Origin: Octopus sinensis
Lineage: Eukaryota
Assembly (NCBI RefSeq): GCF_006345805.1
Contig: NC_042997.1
Location: forward strand, 120,838,001-120,902,000
Length of the DNA stretch: 64,000 nucleotides
Direction: 5' to 3'
Position numbers and translations under genes: made by a program. This document shows, in pieces, positions 40,005 to 54,471 of the stretch. Under the pieces are notes generated by a model. The model was not told the DNA's origin. It saw only the letters and a list, made by a program, of their open reading frames with translations, and did no database searches. Each line of letters begins with the position of its first letter. Positions within the stretch are counted from its first letter, which is position 1.

Positions 40005-43000
40005 TATATACAAAGATTTCTGTTCATTCACTAAAAGCTATAAGTTACAGGTTCCCTTACAATATAGACTTTTCTTTAATACATTATAACAGAGAGGCTC
40101 CGATTTTCAGTACCCAGAGCTACTCCTTTCCGATCATCAGCTGGTAAACGAAGCCTATTTTTCCTTAGAAATAACCTCTATCTCAAGGAGTTTTGGTATA
40201 TGAAATGAAGTTTGAAGAAAACGCTTATATTTATGTTCTTTTGTTTCAGAACATTTGTGAACATGTACGGAAACGTCTGCCTCGAGTTCATGGTTTTGTT
40301 GTTTCTCATCTGGTTCTCATGGTAATATTATTATAAATGGCACATATTCTATTAGAAGCGAATTCATGAAGTCGCGTTGCTGTTTGGGTAATGTTCCAAA
40401 ATAATACTTTTAAATAATACTAATATTTTTAAAATGTCTGTATGAGGATATTCGTCCTGTATGCGCCTGTATAAACGCATACATATACACATATGTACAC
40501 TTATATATACACATATATACACAGAATTATATATACATTATACATATACACATTTGCAAACAAAGATGCACACTCACACATTAAAACATATAAACTTAGG
40601 AAACCAACATTTTTTCGAACAAATTCTAGCAAGATTATATTTGAATCACTGCTACTTGAAGCGACATTGACACTGTATACTATCGATTTTTTCTGGACAG
40701 TTATTGTCTTGTGGACCATTCTAGTGAATTCTAAAGTTGCAAGATCTGCGTTGCTGAGCTGTTTGTATCTCTCTTCGATTCAGATTTGCAACCTGACATT
40801 CGTAGAAACTGAATAACTAAACTTCACAGACTGATTCACAGATTGGGTTACAGAAAGAGACATAGGTTTCTCACTTACAGAATACAGATGTGCACAATAA
40901 TATGTGATATAAGTAAACTGAAGAGCATAGATTGCAAAATTAAGACATTCGAAATAGCTTTCAAAACCCTCACTGCAAGTGAAGATGATAATTAGAATAA
41001 ATATTACAGCAGCAAATATTTTGTTGCAAATACAACTCTATTGTAAAAGAAAATCTAGGAATGCAAAAGAAAATGAATAAGGAAATGAAGACTTACTACC
41101 CTGAAGATCAATTGAGTATAAATGTTTAAAAACAATGAAATATTGCAACTAAAATGCAACATAACGTACAGGAAACATTAGAGAATAGACCCCAGGTTGA
41201 ACAAAGAGCAACACCAGATAAAATTCAAATCTCAATCTAAAATAGTCCGACAACTTTGGTCCATACACTTCGTTAGGCATGTGTCTAGCTGCTAATATTT
41301 ACACATATAAAACAAATAAATAAGAATGAACAAGAATTTCAAAATGTTCAATCGATAACGATAGGGCTGTTGACAAACATGCTTTTTGGCTGCCCAGTTC
41401 TGGTCAATTATGTATATGTTCAGCTATGCGATCGAATAAACAACATCAGCTGAAGGCTTATCATGTTGACATTACACAATATGAAAACCTACAGGAAATG
41501 AAATGTAATAATGATGTACCACGCTCTGCTCGTAGACGCTTATTAGTCACCAAGTTCTGGACATGCTAATTCAGGTTGACAAAATAGATCATTTTATCGC
41601 ACCAAGATTAATGCTTGCAACGGACATCACTGTATTCTGATACACACGCTCTTCTAATTTGTCTAACACGTTTCCCGGAATAAACTCTGCCCGTTGTCTT
41701 AAATGAATGTATGTTGCAATTTGAAAAATAAGATGGAATTTTAGGACGCAAAATGTGCCAGAATTTATTAGGAACCTCTATAACTACTATCTATGATAAA
41801 ACAACAAACAGAATGTACTTACTGCACACGACACTTGCCATTTGGTAGCACAGGCCAGGATGTATGCTCTATATATACAGCTGCTGGTGTTAATTAGCAA
41901 GCAATAAAGTAATGCATCATAAAGTTGGTACAGACAAGATTAATTTATGTATGAGAGGGAATACAAAACTATGCATGCATAGAACCTGAGTGTTATTTTT
42001 GTGTCTACAAGTAATAATTTGTAGACATATTGAAGCCGCTTAAGAAGGCAATGTGAACAGTAGAAAATAAATGATTCGTTATTACTTAAGACAAAGAAAG
42101 AGGAATGTTATTGATATATCCCTACTCACCAAGCACCTGAGACGAAAGGGCATTGTTATTTTGCCAGTTTGCTGTCGTTTAGAAAGAAGAAACATAGTTT
42201 TTTTTTCAATATTTAGCTTCATAGAAACCAACACTACTGCTTTTGGATACCAGGAAAAAGCGTGTTTTATCAGTACCCTATGATTGCAAAATATTAATCA
42301 CCAAGGCAAAACCAATGAGATATAGAAAGAGATAGGGGAGTTTTATATAGCACTCAAGCAATGTCGTGCAAAATACATGTCCCCTTTTCTAATAATATGA
42401 ATGACTACAAGAAGACACACAACATTGGACTGGATGCTTTACCATGTGATATGCATAGCTACATGTAATATGGAAGTGTTCTGAATATCCTGAATTTTAT
42501 TTTGGTAAAATTCGAGGTAAGTTTACGCTTAAAATATCAGTGATTATTGAGCGGAAACGTCTCCTAAAATTTCCTTTTTTCCAACTGTCATCTGAAACAA
42601 TAAATGCTTTCGAAAACGAATTTTTACATTTTTTGTAAAAATGAGACGTTAAGTCCCAAGTATACAAGAGGTCTGCAGTTTTTAGATGGATTGTGTGAAA
42701 GACTGGAAGAGGAATCAACAAACCATAATCAACGACATTTGAAAGGGTACGAAATTCCTAATCATAATATGCGATAATTACCAGAAGGATTTTAACAATT
42801 CTAAAATGCATTTCACAACCCCTACTTGTAATTTGCAGAATCATTCGCAAAGAGAAAATGAGGTTAAGAAGATTGTGCACAAAACATGCCATGAATAACA
42901 TTTTCGGAAAATATCTTCTCTTCAAAACAAAGGTAGTAAAAATTAAAAGGAAGATAATTTCTAATAGAATAGGAGAATTCAACAGGACGTCATTTGGTCA

Positions 43001-43993
43001 CGGCTTTGCATTTAACAGTTTTAATCAGGAGGTTAAATTGGATTTAAATACAAATAGTATGGGAATACAATGAACTACCTTCCTGCATGACTTTGATACA
43101 GCTACACCTCATACAGTTACGCAACATAGGCTCAATAGAGCGGACAGCTTAGAAAATACTTCAGAGAAGCCTTGGAGAAGCAAAATTGATTAACTACAAA
43201 ATCTTTATTTTGGAAGTAAAGAAATATATTCATCTGAATAAGACCTAAAACTTAGGTATTGTCTCTTGGAAACATAATTCTATACAAGATTTGGAAGGTC
43301 TGCAAAAGATCATAACATTAATACTGAGATAGAGACAGAGAAATATTTTCTGAATCAAAATTATTAATATCATAGCAATAGCTGTTTCAGGAACAAATAT
43401 TACTATGGCAAACTCAATTAGGAGTTTAGTGAATTAAACAATAAAGTGAGGGAAATAATGACCTTAGAATGTGTCACGAAGTTGTCCAAGCGAAAACGTG
43501 CGCTTACCAGAAATACGTATGTAGGAATCTATTAGAATATAAAACTATTATGAAATGTCCGAAGGAATTTTATGTGGAAATAATGGAAATACATCCAAAA
43601 CTCGAGCAGTATTTTAATACATATTTCTTTCTTTAAGAAAGACAACAAAAACACATGACAGAGGATTGATAAAATATAGAACTGAGGGGTACGAATACGA
43701 AAATGTCAGTATTTGATATCTCAACACCGAATCTATGCAGGAAGCTGAACATGAATTCTATTACTTGACAAAAGTTAGGATTTGAGAAGGAATAAACAAA
43801 ACCTGCTCAGAACAAAAGAGAAATCTCAGAAAACAAAGCTTAGTAACAATGTTGTTTGATTTTCTTTGTCTTATATCCTTATTTATTTGATCCACAGGAT
43901 CAAATCGCTACAACCCCAAATTTCCTAAACATGTAGTACAGCAAAATGAAGTAAACATTAGGTTGTGTAGAGAATTAGGAAGTTTGATATAGG

Positions 43994-44047
<54 letters not shown>

Positions 44048-45534
44048 GTGTGTGTGTGTGTATGTGTGTGTGTGTCTGTGTGGGCATAAATGTTTGCGTA
44101 TATGTATGTGTGTATATATATATATATTTGTGTATATGCATATATATATGCGTGTGTATATGCATATATATATATATATTTGTGTGTGTGTCTGATAGAA
44201 ATATGTTACAAAAAGAAAATAGAAACTACACGTGGAAATGTAAGGGGAAAGTAAGAATAAAAATAAGCGAAAATGCACACAGGCAATCAAAAAAGTAAAG
44301 GCTTTTTATTGGCAATCAAAAAAAGTAAAGGCTTTTTATGAAAAGTAACGATTGATATATATACAATTAGATGAACGGAAGTAGGAATACGAGTAATAAA
44401 AGTCATTATTGTGAATATTTAATCAATTAATTAATTTATTAATTAATTCCGTATTGGAATCGTAGTCAATTTAGGTCTAAGAGAAGAGGTAATATCAGCT
44501 TCAGATGCACATTGGATGTATTTGTGTTCGGATAAGGGTGATAACAAACACTAACACCGCATTTTTGTTCCACCTGGTTCCTTACTCTCATTAGTATACT
44601 CATATATCAAAGTTTCCCATGATGGGTTCACCATTATGGGCTACTTATGCCGTAACATCCGCAACGTTGCACCTACTAGCTGGCACTTTATATATAAAAT
44701 TTCACATCCGTAATACAGACCATACCTTCAAATCCATCAATGTATTTCTATGTAAATATAATGTGAATAGCCATGTAAACATAATGCGAAATACTGCCTA
44801 GATTCACTATTCCTGAAAAAACTCTTCATAAGAACGACTATACTCACCTATCCAAAATTGGACGAAATAACATGGATCTTGGAATACATTACTGGAAGTC
44901 TGTAGCTTATTCCCCTTCCTCTACCCAAATAATTTAAACAATTTTTGCTTCACTAATATCCTCATACATGCTCCTATTCTTTTCCTGCCCTTTCAAGAAG
45001 AAAAGCACACTGTACCTATTCTAAGCTTAGATCCTCAGAAAAAGCCTTGAGGCATATTCATCATCCAAACGTTATCTACCCGTCCCTGCCGATCACTGAG
45101 GAGATGGAGATGGCATGAAGGATATCGTTGCCTCTGGCAGAAACGGCCGTAAGGAACTAGAACCTACTGTTAACCTGCTCTGTTGCTCTTTTGCTGTTTT
45201 TGCCATTTTCTTTAATATTAGTACATGTATGTGTAACACATAGTTATTACATGTGTATGTATTCTTCTAATACCTTCTAATACTTTGGAATAAATAGACA
45301 TACAAGAATGTCTATAGGCTGATGTATGTCGTTTTTGCATCCTCTCCATTTTTTTTTATTTGCCGCATAAATTAAAGGTAAACCACTTTTTACCCCAGTC
45401 CATATATAATACTCAATTGCGAGATTGCCATGCAATAAACAGCACTTAGGCATGAATAATTGGTCACACGAGCAGCAGTATATTGGTTCGATACTATCCC
45501 TTAGGTGATTGGTTTCCCAACCACTAAATGACAC

Positions 45535-45601
<67 letters not shown>

Positions 45602-46431
45602 ATATGAATGTGTATATATGTATATATACATATATGATATGACTGTGTGTATATGTATATATATACGTATTTATGCATGTATATATATAATTTGAATAGT
45701 TTTCGTGTTGATAATAATTGATTCTTATAATATATTTCCTTTCATTGATACTTAATAGTTTCGCAGCTATTGATAAGAATTAAACTGGATGCAGACGAAC
45801 AATACCTGACATTTTCGTTTACCAATTTCATTGTTATTGATATCGCTGTGAACAATTTAATTTATTATAATTTATGGTTCCATAGTAATGTGAGAGAATT
45901 GCTGACACTGCAAAACCAGTCTGCATTCAAAGTTAAAGAAGTAATCGTTTCTTTTACATTGAATAGATATACGATAGAATACTAAAACATACATGGAAAT
46001 CTATAGAGTATATATAAAATGTTTCTTTATTATCGTAAGAAAATATACTTGTATTACGAAGCGTGAATAGAGCTAGCAACTTAGATTCAATCAATAGTAT
46101 TATGACAATGTAATTTTCTTAAATCAAAAAATGGAACCCTATGAAATATCTCAACAAAATATTTTTTCGCTCTCTCTCTCTCTTTTCTTCTTCTCTCTCC
46201 TCCTCTTTCTCTGTATTAATGATATATATAAAAACAGTTGAAATCACGAGTGTCAAATGTGTCAACATTGAAGCAAGGAGAAATTTTTCTAATCTTACAA
46301 GCATTACTGAAGTCTGAAATATATAACAAAATTCCAACTTGAATCAAAGAAAATATTCTATAAGATATTTCATTCAGAACTTACTCTACATGCTAACTAT
46401 CTTTCAACAATACATATAGACATGTACCCAT

Positions 46432-46490
<59 letters not shown>

Positions 46491-46499
46491 GTATACATA

Positions 46500-46880
46500 T
46501 GATTTGAGACCCCCTTCGGTCAGGAATGACAATGGGATTGCACGCAGAAAGCCGCCCTCCGAGGCACAATTCTGGGCAAGGTTGTTTGAGGAAGGCCAGC
46601 AGTCGCCCATGCATATCAGCCTCCCTTCTCCACGCCACTGATCTTATCCAAGGTATAGGCAAAGGTAGATACAGCTTAGCACCAGTGACGTCGCATGTCA
46701 ATTCTCAGGTAACTGGAAAGCTCAGGTAAAGGTAAAGGTCAGGTAACTGGAGCAACGTGCAATAAATTGTCTTGCTCAAGAACACAACATGCAGCCCGGT
46801 CCGGGAATCGAACTCACAACCTCATGATTGAAAGCTGGGCGCTCTAACCACTGAGCCATGTGCTTTCACACACACATACA
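46500..46880 (-). mobile_element. tRNA-derived SINE
   Basis: Minus head GAAAGCACATGGCTCAGTGGTTAGAGCG...GAGTTCGATTCCCGGACCGGGC with clear A and B boxes. Confidence 0.8.
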
Positions 46881-46904
46881 CGCTCACCCACACCCACACA
46901 CACA

Positions 46905-47050
46905 CATGCCACAGGCTTCTTTCAGTTGCCATCTAGCTAATCCACTAACAAAGCTTTGATCGCCCAAGGCTAGAGCGAGAGCCGCTTGCAAATCTTGCAT
47001 GCAGTGGGACTGAACTCGGAACCATGTGGTTGGGAAGCAACCTACTTATG
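46905..47050 (-). mobile_element. 5' half of a SINE (family of 2274-2648)
   Basis: Minus: AAGTAGGTTGCTTCCCAACCACATGGTTCCGAGTTCAGTCCCACTGCATG...TGAAAGAAGCCTG. Confidence 0.7.
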
Positions 47051-47122
47051 AAACATACATATATATATATAATTGGTGAATTGAAGAAATGGAGCTGAAC
47101 GAAGATTGAACAGAAATCGTTT

Positions 47123-47215
47123 TATTTCATTCTACACGTGTTTCGAAAGGCACAATTTACCAAAATCCGATTGAATAATGAGACCATATCGTGTCTTTCT
47201 CTTCAGGAAGAAATA
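47123..47215 (-). ncRNA. Type I hammerhead ribozyme motif (solitary)
   Basis: Minus: UAUUUC UUC-CUGAAGA-GAAAG...CUUUC-GAA-AC ACGU GU-A^GAA (U) GAAAUA. Stem II 5 bp plus a CAC/GUG extension, palindromic ACGU loop 3, stem I 3+6 bp with a 1-nt bulge. Confidence 0.85.
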
Positions 47216-47819
47216 GGAAATCCGTTGGAAAAAACAAAAACAGAACAGAGGCGGAGCAAAACAAATCGAACTAGGCTCCTAAGTATATTATGTATATAGT
47301 GTATATTATATTAATTATATTTATTTTATGTTTTGGTTTATGTTTTTCACTGTTTGATTTGCCTAACAGTAGTTTTATCTCTAATTTAATTTATATATAT
47401 GTATATATTTATACATATATATATACATATATATGTAAAAAAAAAAAATATATATATATATATATAAGGAAAATGAGACAAGGGAAAACATACTAAAATA
47501 ATTTTATCACGAATTATATTTTAGTACTGTCATTTTAGACTTTTTCAACTTAGGAAAACAATTAAGTTGGAGAAAAAAAAATAGGTGAAATATTTTGTAG
47601 ATATTTTCATAGTCTTTGAATGGGTAAATATGTCGTTAGTTTTCAGACAGTCTCTCTCTCTCTCTTTCTATCTCTCTATCTATCTATCTCCATCCCTTTG
47701 AAAATGCCTGATGAATAGGTAGGTAGGCAGACAGCCAGGCAGGTAGGTAGGCGGGTAGCTAGCTAGGTATGTAGGTAGGTAGGCTGTAGTAGATTTGAAG
47801 GAATAGTTTTGGTACAGAG

Positions 47820-48720
47820 TTTTGATGATTTAAGCTGGAAATCCCAGAAATCTAAGAACAAAATAAGAACAGACATATACTATAAGCCTACGGACACCAA
47901 GGATTATCTGTCATTCAACTATTGCTACCCCAGACACACTGGTATGAATATCCCTTACAACCTGGCGAAAATGATTTTTACTATAGTACCTGATCGAAGC
48001 ACCAGGGATACACGATTGCACGAGCTAAAGGATACACTTATCAACAGGAATTACCCACCATCACCAATTGATATAGTTTTTCAACGTGCCCTACATCCCA
48101 ACGTCCACAAATTCAGATACCCCAAACAAAAGAAGTATTTACAACCAAAAGCCCTGCCAAATATATTCACACGCAGCCCCTAGAAAATGAGGCATTCGAC
48201 ACCTTCCTCCAGAACAGCCCATTACTATAAAGGGACTATAGAATGCATCAAATAATCCAAAGACACATCATCATAAAGAGCATAGACAACCCAAGTCCAT
48301 GAAAATCTAACACAGGCCCTAGCACACTCGTCAACAACATCGAAACACAGAGTAAAAACATGCGGAAGACCCAACTGTGATAATTGTGTCAACCTAATTG
48401 AGGGATGGCAATTCACTTTCAAACAAGGTCAACGTTTTAAATTGAAAAACAACTTCCCCTGTGTTCCGCAAAATGCAAGTATGAACTTGCTCAGGGTTAA
48501 GAACAATCTACATCACAGGATGATGGTACATAGATCCCAGATTATAATACCAGAATTCAGAAAAATATGGTTAAGCGAGCACACCGAAAAATGCGCCTCT
48601 AACGAACAACCCAACTTCAGAATTTTACCCTCTATAAGTTCAGTGACAAACCAACTTATAATCAGCGCATCAGCAAAATGCATATTTTATTGCAAAATTT
48701 AAACGCTTTTTTTTTTTCAA
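47820..48720 (+). mobile_element. Degenerate PLE fragment (RT thumb to GIY-YIG; Neptune-like, tentative)
   Basis: ORF 47809..48183 TDIYYKPTDTKDYLSF..YPRH...IPYNLAK...L...NYP, then KTCGRPNCDNC and FKLKNNFPC...N remnants. Confidence 0.75.
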
Positions 48721-49374
48721 TTCTACCACTATAGATGGAACAACAACACGTATTTGGAACACAACTGCTACGATCACAGGAGGTCACTGTTCGGTTATTT
48801 GACCATTGAAATAGATTTCACGAACAGTTTACTGTGGCATAGAACTCCTGTATATTTCTTTTCTATTCTTTCTTCTTCTCCCTCTCGTTTCCCTTCTCCT
48901 ACTTTTCTCCTCCATCATCTCCTCCTTCTTCTATTCCTCCTTCTTATTTTCCTCCTTCTTCTACTTCTTCTTCATCTTCTTCATCTTCTTCTTCCTCGGC
49001 TGTTCCAATTTAACCATGAATGCTCTGTACCCAATGTATTCCTTCAAATTTACTACCTAACTACCTACCTACCTAATCAAAAGACATTCACAAAGGAATA
49101 GAGTGAGAGGTTGACTGTCTGGAATCTATGGAAATATTTGCCTATTCAAAGACTATGAAAATATCTAAACATTTCACTTAAATTTTTGGCTCCAATTTAA
49201 TTTTTTTTCTTATTTTACCATTAGTTGAAAAAGTCTAAAAGAACGGAAACCGGCACTAAAATGTGCTTGATAAACTTATTTTGGCATTTTCTACTTAGTC
49301 TTATTTCCCTTATACATATTAACGCCTGCGTTACTTTTCTAGCTTCTACACACACACACACATATGTATATATA

Positions 49375-49421
<47 letters not shown>

Positions 49422-50469
49422 TGATACTATATGAGACTAGCTGGTTCATTTTTGTCTGCTGTATGGTATTATTCTAGCACATTATTCGCACATTTATTGC
49501 AAATCCTAACTGCAAGTTGAAAAACGTAATCTATTTCAATTAAAGTAATCTAATAACCATGATTGTCGCATTTCAGAATATTCATTATTAGGGTTATAAA
49601 ACGTTGTGACCAGCCTTATTTGGAGTTTTCCTAACTTCCTTTCCATATTATTATGTTTTGCAAAAGTAGCAATAAACATATCTGGAACATAATTATATTA
49701 ATAAAATATTTACTACTATATCAGATGTTAAATTCCACGTGTTATTTATGAATAAATGCAGTATTTCGTCTTGAATGTTATATTTTTTCCATTGTATTAA
49801 ACGATTAATTATAAGGGCAAATCTATATTTTGATGGTAAATTGTTATTTGTGATAGTCATTCTGCGATATTGAAGATTGTTTAAAGTTATCAGCAATTTT
49901 TAATTTTATCAAATTTTCAGATTTCTTGATTTTAGAAACTTTTATGATGTCCCATTAATTTAATGAATTCTAAATCATATTTGCCTGACCTAAATTCGTT
50001 TTTACCGTATATTAACCATTAATTACGAAGTGAACGCTGTATATATTTTGGGATTAGAATTTATTTTCATTATTCCGTTGATATGAACACCTCGTTTTCT
50101 CACAACATTTTGATATTTACCTTGATATCTGAGAATCGGTGCAACAAATGTCAGAACGCTTTCTGGCGTTTGTCGCGGTTCTTTACATTTCGAGTTAATT
50201 AAACACTGTTATCAATTGTCCATGTCAACTCTTCAGTAATTATATATTTAATTATCAATCAAGTACTTGCTTCAAAGGAATTGAAAAACTCCTAAATCTG
50301 TAAATTGCACTGTTGTTGACTAACTTTGTATTTATTCCAGCATTTTTGTTGTACTATATCCTGGTCAAGAAATGGGATCAATATAATCTATAGAATCCTT
50401 CATTAGTGTTGTTGTAGTTGTTTTTGTCGTCGTAGCTGTTGCACTTGCTTTTAAGGTGTTGAACTTATA

Positions 50470-50710
50470 GAAGCGTTGGGATACTGGGCTAAATTGCTAT
50501 GCATAATTTTAAACATCTTCCGTTTTTTAGTTCAAATTCCACCAAGTTTATCTTTGCCATTCATCCATTCCGGAGTCGATAAATTAGGTACCAGTGAATG
50601 CAATCGACTCATCCCCCCCTGCAAAATTTCAGGCCTTGTGCCTTTAATAGACAGAAGGCCTCTCCTCAAGTGCTGGCTAGGAACAAACACAAATAAAAAG
50701 AGACACACAC
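50470..50710 (+). mobile_element. SINE remnant
   Basis: GTTCAAATTCC (B-box-like) followed by CATCCATTCCGGAGTCGATAAATTAGGTACCAG; a similar degenerate 3' block lies near 19850-20010. Confidence 0.5.
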
Positions 50711-51274
50711 TCGTATATAAATGATTGTGTGAGTGTGTGTGTGTGTGTGTGGTGTGTGTGTGTGTGTGTGTGGTGTGTGTGTGTGTGTAAATATATACGG
50801 GGAAGTAGGAAGAAATATAACCGAAAATGCGCATTGGAATTCATAAAAGCTTAAGGGCTTTTTGATTTCCAATGTGCATTTTCGTTTATTTTTCTTCCTA
50901 TATTCCCCTTACATTTCCACGTTTTCTTTTGTAATATATTTCTATTATAAACATATATAATATGAATAAAATACATATTCCCCTGTCTATGCTGTCCTTC
51001 TTTCTATTCACCTATCGATCTGTCCTTGTGTCCACCGATCTCTCTTTCTCTCTTTTTCACTCTCTCTCTCTCTCTCTCTCTCGCTCTCTCTCTAGGCATT
51101 TCTCTTATAGTTTATTTCAAAATTTGAGTAAATGATGTATGTACCTGAGAACTGCACAGCCTCTGGCACTTTCCATATTTTCATGAGACCTATTTTCATG
51201 AGTCTGAAATTAATTAGTTGAAAACAGTCTGCTTATTCTGTACAGCGACTGCGTCTCTTAAGACACATGCAAAC

Positions 51275-51305
<31 letters not shown>

Positions 51306-51331
51306 TGTATGTATGTATACATATATGTATG

Positions 51332-51375
<44 letters not shown>

Positions 51376-51405
51376 ATATATATATAATATATATATATAT
51401 ATTAT

Positions 51406-51456
<51 letters not shown>

Positions 51457-51511
51457 GTGTACATGTTTGTTAATATTTCTACATAAGAACACACACAGAC
51501 ATATGTGTATT

Positions 51512-51568
<57 letters not shown>

Positions 51569-51572
51569 TAAC

Positions 51573-51652
<80 letters not shown>

Positions 51653-52180
51653 AAGGTAATATTTTAATATTTATTAAGAAAATATACATTGAACAATAGC
51701 TCAATGTGAAATCAATGTAAACATCTAGATATTTGAAATGAATATAAGCAGCTTTGTAAATGTCATACAACCATGAATGTAAATTTATATGTATTATATC
51801 TTTATTTTTGTTTGAGAGATTTAAGAAGAAACATTTTTTTTCTTTTACGGTTTTATGAGAATTAAATATTTTTTTCGCCGAACAAATCGAAACATCAGAT
51901 TTCACGTCTCTCATCACAAGGAAAATTGAGTCGTATTTCAAATATGGAAATTGAAAAAAATATAGGCCCTTCTGTACTGTGATCCTTTAGGTCGTACTTT
52001 ACACATTAATCCACCTGGGTATTTATACGCACTCGCATCCCCGCCGTACATGCACACAGAGAAAACATATATATGTGTGTGTGTATAGATATACACTTAC
52101 ATATATATGTGTATATGTATATGTATCTATCTACCCATATATATATATATGTGTGTATGAATACATATATTTACACATCC

Positions 52181-52261
<81 letters not shown>

Positions 52262-52327
52262 CATACTTAAAACTAAAAACTATATATATATATATATATA
52301 TATATACATACATACTTACATACATAC

Positions 52328-52376
<49 letters not shown>

Positions 52377-54359
52377 TGTGTGTTTGTGCGTGTGTGTATG
52401 CGGCAAAGCATAAAACCACAGAATAAAAAACGTTGTTTGAGCTTCGCTTCTGTCTATCTATACGCATGATTAGACGTGCGCTGTACTATGATTACTAGAT
52501 GACATATTCAATAAAGCGTACTTAGAATTCACTATTTTTTCTCAAAATCTATTTTAGAACAGAATCTAATGTTCCCAGAAGTGATCGCTTTCTGTCACAT
52601 ATCTATACAGAAAGAGATAGCAATCGCATCATATATTTTATAGTATTTTATACGTTTAATAGAAATAACTACTACATGTGTTTCATCCATATATTTATTG
52701 ACGTTTGGCTGTCATTTTGTTAGAGGAAATAAAAATGTTCTTTATAAAACAAACTTTAAATATTTCTTTTGCCTTTTCTATTGTGCTGCACAATTTTAAT
52801 ACCTATAACTTTTTTTATCTAAGTTTGTAAGTGATGCAGACACACCATAGCCCTACTACAGATTATATCTCTTGTTCTGAAATATTTCTGCAAGCTAATA
52901 TCTTGTTAGGTTATCATAGAGACTAATACATTTGAATTTTCAATAAATGTAAGATAATGAAATATGCAACCCTTTATAGGTTATGCATACGTAAATCATA
53001 GATAAAATTAGAATTGTAACCGGTTGCAATCTGCATTTGAATACGACTATTTAAATTAGTTTTCTCCTAAGTTATGCCAAATGTTCATATGTACACGTTT
53101 GTATGCCAAAGTTATCAAATGTTACACGAATTTTTGGTGGTTTTTGCACACGGCTCTCAGTCTTGATAGAGATTACTATTCATAAAAGACTATTCAAATA
53201 AAGTTTAGAGATGTGAAGTCTATTTAACAAGAGCTTGTATATGTCTGAAAACATGAGCTGTTCATGATAACCACCGCCTCATCCGGAAAACTTCACTACG
53301 TGTCTGTTCTATATTCTGTACCCTAGACGAGGCAGCGTTATTAGACGGGTGCATTGTTTGGACTCTCACAAAATACCTCTATCTACCGCTTTTGTGTTAG
53401 CGTTCCTCCCGCTTATTTTACAGGGATTATTTAGTAGGGCTCATATTATATAACCAGGTCAATATCTCCTTGAATTATTCAACTAAAAACTATATGGTAA
53501 TTTTCTAGCAAAATATGTCTTAGAGAAGCAAAAGTATGCTTCGTAGTTCTCTCGTAATGTCTCTTGATATTACATGAGAACTAGTTAGGATCTCTTCCAT
53601 GATACAATCTTATTAACATCCAAACGTTGTCATACGAAAGTTTGATATACGCTAAGAAATTTAACTGACCAGTTTTGTACGTACAGCAAATTAAAATTGC
53701 AGTGTTTCAAATATGTAGGATCGATATCGCTGATATGCGAGTTTGGGGCTCACGCGGGAAAATTTAACTTTGACAGTAACATTGATATTATTGATAATTA
53801 CATTATCGCACGTAAATGTATTTAAATCTAAGTGAAAGCATACTGGTTTAAACTCGGAGCCTGAAGTAAATACGCCACTTAGTCCTGAAATCTTTAACTG
53901 ATGCTAAACTAATACTCTACTGACAAATCAGCGATGGTTCTTAACATAAGCATTTTAGCAAGACATTTATAAGGGCATCTGATCAAGTACATCAACGTCA
54001 GTGTTTTGACATAGATATTTGCAAAGAGACGTTTGTTCGAATATATTGTCAAAAGTCGATACCAAATCAAAGGTATTATTTTATATTCAACAGCTCCTGA
54101 ATTTTTTAACCTCTAAAATCATGTTCAAATAGATTTATTAGACTTGGCTTGATTGTCTCGTCATTAACAAGTATTGAAGTTTTTTTGTTTGTTTTTTTTA
54201 CTATACGTGTATGACATCGTTAGAATCTGAGTCATTAAAATATGTTGCGGTTTGCAGTAAATATTGCTCTTTTGTTAAGGAAATCGAACGATCGATCAGA
54301 CTTCTTTTGTGGTGTCTTGAAGCAATCACAGTTTCCATTTTAGTACCAAATCAGCTGTC

Positions 54360-54471
54360 ATGAAACAAACGGGTATGAACTGTTCTGTAGTTATTACCAT
54401 CCGTCATTTATTTTTTTTATTTGCACTTTGTAAAGGATTTTCCACTGAAAACGGCACGGTTGTTATTACTT
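54360..54471 (+). CDS. Candidate first coding exon of a secreted or membrane protein (signal peptide)
   Basis: ATG in the context GCTGTCATGA. MKQTGMNCSVVITIRHLFFLFALCKG|FSTENGTVVIT has a hydrophobic core, a small-residue cleavage motif and an NGT sequon. A consensus donor GTGAGT at 54472 gives a phase-1 intron. No downstream exon was confirmed. Confidence 0.3.

Noticed and set aside
42600-43700. Traces resembling an RLE-type RT (RGIFQGDS-like and FG..KCAK-like text)
   Set aside because: Too degraded to call by eye; a profile search (e.g. tBLASTn with the 57623-61327 protein) is needed.
45096-45151. CTGAGGA...GAAAC GGCC GTA hammerhead-like motif
   Set aside because: The core and palindromic loop 3 are present, but stem I does not pair and stem II does not close next to the core. 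At best a decayed HHR.
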